From an uncultured Saprospiraceae bacterium (GTDB lineage Bacteria; Bacteroidota; Bacteroidia; Chitinophagales; Saprospiraceae): a stretch of DNA of 33,186 nucleotides. The translations under genes and the position numbers were made by a program. Under the pieces are notes generated by a model. It had not been told where the DNA came from and searched no databases. It saw nothing but the letters and a program-made list of their open reading frames with translations. Each line of letters begins with the position of its first letter. Position 1 is the first letter of the stretch. The stretch covers positions 1 through 33,186 of the forward strand of contig CAZPHZ010000001.1 in NCBI GenBank assembly GCA_964586035.1, given 5' to 3'. This document shows positions 18,815 through 24,986 of the stretch, one piece after another.

Positions 18815-18925
18815 GGCGGCTGCCGTAAAGCGCCCATCTTATGAAGAAAACTAAAGGCTGGGGTAGGGTAACTCAAAAGTGTTGAAGACCAAAAGCAACT
18901 GTTTGAAGCCACGTAACTTTATCAA

Positions 18926-19258
18926 ATGAAACTCCCCAATGCCGCAATGGCTAACATACGTGAGGAAAAACTGACGAAGTATCTTTTGAACTTGTCACAT
19001 CCCGACGGCTTAAACAAAGCAAGATTTTTTATGCTTTGCGGTTTTTCACCTGAAAACCCGGAGGAATTGAGGGATGCTTTACTCACTCATGCACAAACCA
19101 GCAGTGTGAAAGAAACAAAGACAAACCCGTTTGGTGCAAAATATGTACTCGAAGGTACCCTGGCCGCACCCTATGGAACATACCCAAAGATTGTTTCAAT
19201 TTGGATTATCGAGCACGAAAATGATTGCCCGGAACTTGTAACAGCCTATCCATCATGA
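18926..19258 (+). CDS. DUF6883 domain protein (putative toxin-like partner of a two-gene cassette)
   Basis: MKLPNA...KLTKYLLNLSHPDGLNKARFF...FGAKYVLEGTL...SIWIIEHENDCPELVTAYP matches my recollection of the DUF6883 pattern. Confidence 0.75.
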   Translation: MKLPNAAMANIREEKLTKYLLNLSHPDGLNKARFFMLCGFSPENPEELRDALLTHAQTSSVKETKTNPFGAKYVLEGTLAAPYGTYPKIVSIWIIEHENDCPELVTAYPS

Positions 19259-19488
19259 AAAACAATATTAAAGAGTTCGAGAGGGTCATTCTGACTGAAA
19301 ATATCGAAGCTGCTGGCTTGAATGCGGGCGATATTGGCACCGTCGTGCATGTCTATCAGGATGGCAAAGCTTACGAAGTTGAGTTTGCAACACTTCTCGG
19401 CGAATCTATCGCTGTCTGCACTTTGTCGCTGCAGCAAATCAGGGCTATCCGCAAAAAAGAAATTGCACATGTGCGGCCGATAGCCTGA
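19255..19488 (+). CDS. DUF4926 domain protein (small SH3-like partner)
   Basis: MKNNIKEFERVILTENIEAAGLNAGDIGTVVHVYQDGKAYEVEF is a DUF4926-like pattern. Its ATG (19255-19257) overlaps the upstream TGA (19256-19258) as ATGA. Confidence 0.75.
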   Translation: MKNNIKEFERVILTENIEAAGLNAGDIGTVVHVYQDGKAYEVEFATLLGESIAVCTLSLQQIRAIRKKEIAHVRPIA

Positions 19489-19502
19489 AGGACCTAAACA
19501 CC

Positions 19503-20195
19503 ATGCAACCACTGGAAGAAAAAATAGGTGACTGGGTGTTGTATAAAAACAACCAGCTCATCGCTTTTAACAAGCCCGCCGGACTGCCCGTGCAGGCCGA
19601 TAAAACCGGAGACAAGTCCCTGCTGCAACTCGCAGAAATTTACTGTAAATCGAAGTTGTATCTCATCCACCGGCTCGACCGGCCGGCCAGTGGTGTCGTT
19701 TTATTTGCAAAAACAAAAAGGGCGGTTAGTTCGCTGAGCGACCAATTCCGGGAGCGACAGGTGCGCAAAACCTACCTCGCCGTCGTTAAAGAAATGCCGC
19801 CGGAGCAGGAGGGCGTTGCGCAGCATTTTCTCCAAAAAAACGCAAAACTCAATCGCTCGTACACACTTGCCGGAGATGCCGGGCACGGCGGCAAAGCCTC
19901 GGAACTGAAATACCGTGTGTTGGGCAGCATCGACAATTATCATTTGCTGGAAGCGCAACCCCTCACCGGGCGGCACCACCAAATCAGGGCGCAACTGTCG
20001 GCCCTCGGCTGCCCCATAAAAGGCGATGTGAAATACGGCTTCCGCCGCGGCAACCGCGACCGCTCCATCCACCTGCACGCCTGGAAGCTGGCCTTCCGGC
20101 ACCCCGTTTCCGGCGAAACGGTTGAATTGAAAGCCGCCCCCCCGGAAGAAGTCATCTGGGCGGCGTTCGCAACGAGCGGTGTGTTGGCCGGTTAA
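19503..20195 (+). CDS. RluA-family RNA pseudouridine synthase (no S4 domain)
   Basis: Catalytic motif HRLDRPASGVVLFAKT, HHQIRAQL motif, 230 aa. Confidence 0.9.
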   Translation: MQPLEEKIGDWVLYKNNQLIAFNKPAGLPVQADKTGDKSLLQLAEIYCKSKLYLIHRLDRPASGVVLFAKTKRAVSSLSDQFRERQVRKTYLAVVKEMPPEQEGVAQHFLQKNAKLNRSYTLAGDAGHGGKASELKYRVLGSIDNYHLLEAQPLTGRHHQIRAQLSALGCPIKGDVKYGFRRGNRDRSIHLHAWKLAFRHPVSGETVELKAAPPEEVIWAAFATSGVLAG

Positions 20196-20204
20196 CCGGC
20201 AATA

Positions 20205-20252
20205 TTGAGAAAGTTGTGAGGGTCAAGCCTAAATCTTCCTAAACTTTCTCAA
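20205..20252. repeat. 11-bp perfect inverted repeat TTGAGAAAGTT / AACTTTCTCAA in the rluA-downstream spacer
   Basis: Arms at 20205-20215 and 20242-20252 with a 26-nt loop. It overlaps a GTTGAG-word element (20235-20262, minus orientation). Confidence 0.7.
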
Positions 20253-20283
20253 CCTCCTCAACCTATCGCTAAATCTAAAAGAA

Positions 20284-20982
20284 ATGAATCGCTTGACCTT
20301 GATTGCCTCGTTTTTAGTTTTTGCATCTGCCGTATTCGCGCAATACGATGCCGACCCCACGCCTTACGACAGCCTGACGGCGGACCAGCGGAAGGAAATG
20401 GCATTGAGCGCCATCCACGCCATAAAAGACGGGGTGCTGATTCTGCGGTTAGAATCCAACCACCGGAAAATTGAAGAGATGCAGCGGTTGGCAGACCGCA
20501 ACGATTTGAACGAAGCAGAAAAAACCACCTGGCAGGCGAGAGTGACCGCCGTGAAAGAAGACACCCGCCGCCGCAACCAATGGCTCGTGGATGCCTTCGC
20601 AGCTAAATACGATTTTTCCCCGCTGCTCATCATGTACGACACCGCCACGCAACTGCTGAAGCAGGGCATGAAAAGCGGCTATTTTTTAAGCAAAAACCTC
20701 GAACCGGACGCGGAAGCCAGCTTGGGGGAGGTGCCCTACCGCCTCGTCAGGTTCGGCAAGGCTTCCTATGAAAGGAGTTCCGGCGCTTCCGGCCTGGTAC
20801 TGATGGGCAATGATTTTAATGAGCTTCGATCGCCGTTCCCCTATTTTACCAGCCTCAATATTTTTGAAAGACTAAAGCGGCAGGTCAACGAGCAGAAACC
20901 CGAATATTACGAGGCATTGGTGGCAAAGCTGGTGCACCGGCTCAATAAGTTTTACGGGAAAGTGAGGGAAAGTGGTTATTGA
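20284..20982 (+). CDS. Hypothetical secreted protein
   Basis: Signal peptide MNRLTLIASFLVFASAVFAQ. I recognise no family motif. A strong terminator hairpin follows. Confidence 0.7.
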   Translation: MNRLTLIASFLVFASAVFAQYDADPTPYDSLTADQRKEMALSAIHAIKDGVLILRLESNHRKIEEMQRLADRNDLNEAEKTTWQARVTAVKEDTRRRNQWLVDAFAAKYDFSPLLIMYDTATQLLKQGMKSGYFLSKNLEPDAEASLGEVPYRLVRFGKASYERSSGASGLVLMGNDFNELRSPFPYFTSLNIFERLKRQVNEQKPEYYEALVAKLVHRLNKFYGKVRESGY

Positions 20983-21012
20983 ATTTTTCCACTTTGCCAA
21001 AGAGATAAAAAG

Positions 21013-21052
21013 CCCCCGGTACCTGCAGGTGCCGGGGGTTTGCGCTTTTTTT
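21013..21052. terminator. Intrinsic terminator between convergent genes
   Basis: CCCCCGGTACC (21013-21023), loop TGCA, GGTGCCGGGGG (21028-21038). 11 bp with one G-U, followed by TTTGCGCTTTTTTT and preceded by AAAAAG. Confidence 0.8.
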
Positions 21053-21109
21053 GGGGTTAACCTACATCGCATGCAGAAAGCGCTTGCGAAAAATGAGCGC
21101 AGTCTGTGG

Positions 21110-22975
21110 TCAATGCGCATTCACCCAGTTTAGCATGGGTTGCCACGCAACAGTCTTTGCATTGGTGGCGATAAAAGAATCAATGTGACCAAAGTCGAGA
21201 GCAGCCTGGTCGTCGGGGTAGAGTTTCGCTATAACGCTTTCCATCTCAGCATTGGGGAAATAGCTCAATCCGAATGTTGACAAATCGCCGAACCCTCCTC
21301 CCGGAGAAAAGTTGAGAACCGGCACCGAAATGTCGGCGAAATGATCATCGAAAGGTGAGTCCGCATAATCTGTCATCAGGGTATAATAATCAACAAAATA
21401 CTTAGTCGGCTCATAAGTTGCAGCAGATTCTGCAAAGTCATACCACTGTTCGTTGGTGAGAAACTGCAAACCCACAGGGAAATTATTTTCGAACACACCG
21501 GCGAGGAAATGGAAAGGAATTACTCCGTACTGTTGGTAGGTACCAAAATAGAGAGCTGTCTGCTCGTTGGTGAACCCGGGTACTATTGGAGAATCTCCGT
21601 CAGGATCTGTTTTGGCAAGGTTGCCAATAAGTGAAAATCCTATAAATGACTCGTAAGAACCATTATTCCATGCATCCTGGTTTGAAAGTAGCTCGCCAAT
21701 CAGGACGTTATTGTATTCCTCATTATCGCTCTTTATACCGAGATCTATAGCAATGTACCCTTTTGCATGTCTGACCACTTCTTCAAGAGTAGTTTCATGA
21801 TTCAATACAGCGTATCCGGTGGTTACACCACTGCTATACCCTGCCATATCCATTTTGTCAAGTACATCACTGGTGAGAAAGCGGGCGATTCTGGCTACGG
21901 CCATTGCCGTGCGCAGGTCGGTGGTGTTTTTGCCAAGGCCCCAATCTTTCATAAAGCCGAAATCCGTTTCATCTGCGGGCACCAGAGTCCATGCCTGGTC
22001 AATGCCCCAAAAGTCCACGTCGTTTTGTGCCATGTAAACGGCGATGCCGAAGTCATTGGGAGTAGTAGCCGAGTAAAGGCCTGGGAGGGTCATGCCCACA
22101 AAGTCCTTGGCATCTCCGTGCTGGTAAAACAGGGCCTTATCCGTGATGATTGGCTGATACGGTGCTGCTTCTTTCACCACCCGGTGGATGCCGATTTTGT
22201 CATGTGGGTCTGAGCCAACAGCCACCTCGAATTTGTAATGGACGATGTTGCCGCTGATTACCTGGCGTTCGTAATTCATCAGGGTGACTGAAGTAGTGGG
22301 AATGTCCACATTGGCCAATGTGGGCCAACCGGCTTCCGCGATGAGTTGGGAAGCAATGGAATAGGGGTCAACGGGTGTGTCGGCGATGATTTTCGTGACG
22401 ATGTCCTTTTTAATTTTATCAGACATGCAGGGTGGGGGCAGGTTGCCATCGCAAAGCTTATAGCAGGGTTCGTAAACCGGCCCTGCTTTAATGACCTCCC
22501 CGCAGGGGTCCTGAAAGCGGTTTTTCACTTTGTAGGCCGGCCATTTTTTGAAACCGCTGGCGTACATCGAGACGATGGGGTTTCCTCCGGTCCATTTCCA
22601 TTTGGCGATGTTGGAGCGGTCATTCCCTCCGTCATTCTCTTCCTGCGGTTCCTGCCAGCTCCACAGAATGTCTTCTCTGTCGTAAGCCTCCACAAAAAGG
22701 AGGGCATAGACGAGGTCTTCATCGCTGGTGGGATCCCCGACGGATTGCAGTTCTTTTTCCGTCAGCGTCCCGTCATCATTAAGGTCGAACAGCCTCGCAG
22801 CGTATTGCTCGGTTGCCGCCGGGTTGGGCAGGTCGCTGAGGTCGTTCAGCGTCAGTGCTGTGTACTGGGAAGATAGCACTTCTGGAGCGTTTTTTAGTTG
22901 GTCTTTCTGACAGGAACTGATGGCCGTGGCGGCCAGAAGAATGGCCAGAAAGAACTTCATGCTAAAATTTTTCAT
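21110..22975 (-). CDS. Lipoprotein, putative alpha/beta-hydrolase fold (GxSxG GYSSG) with N-terminal EF-hand-like loop
   Basis: Lipobox AATAISSC. DLNDDGTLTEKE loop. Candidate oxyanion YQHGD, nucleophile elbow MAGYSSGVT and late FGHIDSF motif. The fold assignment is inferred from motifs only. Confidence 0.7.
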   Translation of the reverse strand: MKNFSMKFFLAILLAATAISSCQKDQLKNAPEVLSSQYTALTLNDLSDLPNPAATEQYAARLFDLNDDGTLTEKELQSVGDPTSDEDLVYALLFVEAYDREDILWSWQEPQEENDGGNDRSNIAKWKWTGGNPIVSMYASGFKKWPAYKVKNRFQDPCGEVIKAGPVYEPCYKLCDGNLPPPCMSDKIKKDIVTKIIADTPVDPYSIASQLIAEAGWPTLANVDIPTTSVTLMNYERQVISGNIVHYKFEVAVGSDPHDKIGIHRVVKEAAPYQPIITDKALFYQHGDAKDFVGMTLPGLYSATTPNDFGIAVYMAQNDVDFWGIDQAWTLVPADETDFGFMKDWGLGKNTTDLRTAMAVARIARFLTSDVLDKMDMAGYSSGVTTGYAVLNHETTLEEVVRHAKGYIAIDLGIKSDNEEYNNVLIGELLSNQDAWNNGSYESFIGFSLIGNLAKTDPDGDSPIVPGFTNEQTALYFGTYQQYGVIPFHFLAGVFENNFPVGLQFLTNEQWYDFAESAATYEPTKYFVDYYTLMTDYADSPFDDHFADISVPVLNFSPGGGFGDLSTFGLSYFPNAEMESVIAKLYPDDQAALDFGHIDSFIATNAKTVAWQPMLNWVNAH

Positions 22976-23216
22976 GAGAATTCATTTTAGTTGCCTACTT
23001 GGGAAAACGAGGCGTTGGCTATCCTCAAACGAAAGTGACTATTGTTTGGCGGGCATCCGGGGTGATTTTCATGACTGACCGTTTTGAGCCGACCGGTCCG
23101 GGAAGACCTCGGGAAATGCCCGGAATGGTTACCTATTATGCCTGCTTACTGCGAATGTGGCATCCTTGGTTCGCCACTTTATACCAATGTCTCCCGATTT
23201 GTTACCCGGGTGAGTA

Positions 23217-23234
23217 GTTTTTTTTTGGGGGGGG
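23217..23234. repeat. T9G9 homopolymer junction
   Basis: Nine T (23217-23225) directly followed by nine G (23226-23234), inside the 380-bp noncoding gap 22976-23356. Confidence 0.95.
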
Positions 23235-23356
23235 GAGGGCTTGTTTCATGAGGGGATGCATGCCGGCAGTAGTCGCCATTCCTGGCGGCGTTCCGGGCAA
23301 TCAGTTTGATATTTTGGGCGGGTCGCTCCGGTCTGAAAAGAATTTACATTGGGATG

Positions 23357-23743
23357 CTATTGTTGGGAACTGTTAACGGCAGTATCGGGAGGCGTGAGTA
23401 GCGGCTGCACCGGAAGTGAATCATCAGGAGCAATAAATTCAGGTTTCTGTGGTCTTTCAGGCAGAGGCGGAAGGCCAGCGGTGTCGCGGTTCAGGCGGGC
23501 ATTGGCGACGATTGTAGAGTCCACGATGGCAGTTGCACGGTCCATGACGTTTTTCCTGCACTTCATTTCCCAGTTTCTTTTCCAGGTGTTGAGTCTTTTC
23601 GTGACCCTTTCCTGAATCACATCTTCTTTTGTTATGCCTGGTTCCTTTTTCGCACAGGAGGGCAGGCCAACGCATAAGAGCACCAATGCTCCCTCTAAAA
23701 AATACTTAATGAGTGATTTCGTGATTGAGGCCATGTGTATCAT
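23357..23743 (-). CDS. Hypothetical lipoprotein
   Basis: Lipobox LLCVGLPSC with a Pro-rich C-terminus. It overlaps the upstream gene by 4 nt (23740-23743). Confidence 0.6.
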   Translation of the reverse strand: MIHMASITKSLIKYFLEGALVLLCVGLPSCAKKEPGITKEDVIQERVTKRLNTWKRNWEMKCRKNVMDRATAIVDSTIVANARLNRDTAGLPPLPERPQKPEFIAPDDSLPVQPLLTPPDTAVNSSQQ

Positions 23744-24015
23744 TCTTGGCTTTCCCGCTTTATTCGTTCTAAATATTTTTGAATTTCCGATAATCGTTTG
23801 GTCATCATGGAATCCACATTGTGCTGCACGGCACTATCGAAATGGGCTTTGCAGAGGCTGTCCATGACGGGGTGGAGGGAGTCCACCTGCAAGCGGTAGA
23901 GGCTGTCCGCCAATTCGCGGTCTTTATAAGTGAGTGTGGGTGGCGGGTCCTGGGTGCAGGCAGTGGCGAGCAACAGGAAATAGGCTGAGAGCACAACGGT
24001 AATCTTTTTTTTCAT
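23740..24015 (-). CDS. Hypothetical small lipoprotein
   Basis: MKKKITVVLSAYFLLLATAC lipobox. It starts 11 nt downstream of the BatC-like gene on the same strand. Confidence 0.6.
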   Translation of the reverse strand: MKKKITVVLSAYFLLLATACTQDPPPTLTYKDRELADSLYRLQVDSLHPVMDSLCKAHFDSAVQHNVDSMMTKRLSEIQKYLERIKRESQE

Positions 24016-24026
24016 GGCTATGAATC

Positions 24027-24740
24027 CTACCAGTCTTTGGTCACTTTTTTGTGTTTTGCCTGCACCTTGCGGAGCTTTTGCTGCACCTTCTGCTCCTCCT
24101 GGTCCATTATTTCGAGCAACTGCCGGGCCTCTTCCTTACTGAGATTCTGCGGCTGTTCCTGGTTTTTCTGGTGCTCCTGATTTTGCTGCTGTTTCTGGTT
24201 TTGTTGAGGGTCATTTTGATCTTTCTGTTGGTCTTTCTGCTGCTGGTGTTGATCGTTTTGTTGCTGTTGATTGTCCTTTTGCTGTTGTTGCTGTTGTTGT
24301 TTTTGCAATTTTATTTGCTGCAGGGCCATCGCCAGATTTTTTTTGGTGCCGAGATCGTTGGGGGTGAGGCGCAGCGCATTTTTGTAAGCTTCCACACTTT
24401 TGTCGTATTCCTGTTTGAGAAAATGGGCATTTCCGAGGTTGTGAAAAGCCTTGGCCTTTATCTGATTATCGGTTGCAGATTCGGCAGTTTCTTCATAATG
24501 CTTAACCGACTCATCGTATCGCTCCTGCTTGTATATGGCATTTCCGAGGTTGAAAGTGCCCTTACTCGATCTTTTTTTTTCGAGTGCCCGCCGGTAGCTG
24601 TCCTCAGCCTTCGAAAAGTCTTGGCCGTCGTAGTTTCTGTCACCTTTTCGGAGCCAGTTATGCGCAGATTGGGCGCTGAGTACCTCTGGGGCAATTAGTA
24701 ACCAAAGCATTAAAATTTTCAACGAATGCATTTTGTCCAT
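24027..24740 (-). CDS. TPR protein, BatC-like, with Gln-rich low-complexity region
   Basis: Signal/anchor, then TPR repeats (AEDSYRRALE, GNAIYKQERYDESVKHYE, NLGNAHFLKQEYDKSVEAYKNALRL), a Q-rich tract and a C-terminal SKEEARQLLEIMDQEEQKVQQKL as in BatC-type proteins. Confidence 0.75.
   Translation of the reverse strand: MDKMHSLKILMLWLLIAPEVLSAQSAHNWLRKGDRNYDGQDFSKAEDSYRRALEKKRSSKGTFNLGNAIYKQERYDESVKHYEETAESATDNQIKAKAFHNLGNAHFLKQEYDKSVEAYKNALRLTPNDLGTKKNLAMALQQIKLQKQQQQQQQKDNQQQQNDQHQQQKDQQKDQNDPQQNQKQQQNQEHQKNQEQPQNLSKEEARQLLEIMDQEEQKVQQKLRKVQAKHKKVTKDW
24143..24308 (-). repeat. CAA/CAG-rich low-complexity coding repeat (Gln-rich tract)
   Basis: Encodes QQQQQQQKDNQQQQNDQHQQQKDQQKDQNDPQQNQKQQQNQEHQKNQEQPQ. 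The plus strand reads TTGCTGTTGTTG-type runs. Confidence 0.9.
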
Positions 24741-24801
24741 TTTTTAATAATCTGCCGGTGAATTCTATTTGGCGGAAATAAATACCCGCATTTTCAGAAC
24801 A

Positions 24802-24809
24802 CAAAAGTA
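24802..24809 (-). promoter_or_regulatory. Candidate -7 box TACTTTTG (minus strand) for the BatC-like operon
   Basis: The plus strand reads CAAAAGTA, 62 nt upstream of the ATG at 24740. No clear -33 element. Confidence 0.35.
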
Positions 24810-24902
24810 CCTGAGTGTTGTTTAAAACGGGAAAATTCCGGCATTGGTCTTTGATTGCAGGCTCTTAGCCCCACGTAAGCAGTGATTACAGGGTCCATCT
24901 CG

Positions 24903-24910
24903 TATTTTTG
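24903..24910 (+). promoter_or_regulatory. Candidate -7 box TATTTTTG for the FtsX-like permease
   Basis: Matches TAnnTTTG, 77 nt upstream of ATG 24987. Confidence 0.4.
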
Positions 24911-24924
24911 CCCGCCCCTGTTTC

Positions 24925-24952
24925 ACCAATTCACTTTTATCAACCAATTCAC
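24925..24952 (+). repeat. Direct repeat ACCAATTCAC x2 in the permease leader
   Basis: Copies at 24925-24934 and 24943-24952, followed by GTCAAAAC / GTCAAAAAC. It lies between the candidate -7 box and the start codon. Confidence 0.6.
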
Positions 24953-24986
24953 CTTGTCAAAACCCGTCAAAAACTGGCTGCTGAAA

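Noticed and set aside
22999-23217. 72-aa ORF in the large noncoding gap
   Set aside because: Odd composition (Trp/Cys/Pro/Gly-rich), no signal or TM, and no start context. It ends at the homopolymer tract. I treat the region as noncoding and unassigned. I also looked for SRP RNA, RNase P and tmRNA signature motifs there and found none.
24051-24698. 215-aa Leu-rich ORF on the plus strand
   Set aside because: It is the mirror image of the Gln-rich BatC-like gene, where CAA/CAG read antisense gives TTG/CTG. It has no independent signal, and the TPR gene explains the region.
24882-24986. N-terminal extensions of ORF-track entries (also 5739-5798, 5996-6097, 14230-14430, 18498-18593, 18593-18631, 30333-30425)
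   Set aside because: The internal ATGs give family-typical N-termini or signal peptides. The extensions lack such features and in several cases contain promoter-like boxes or would overlap divergent genes.
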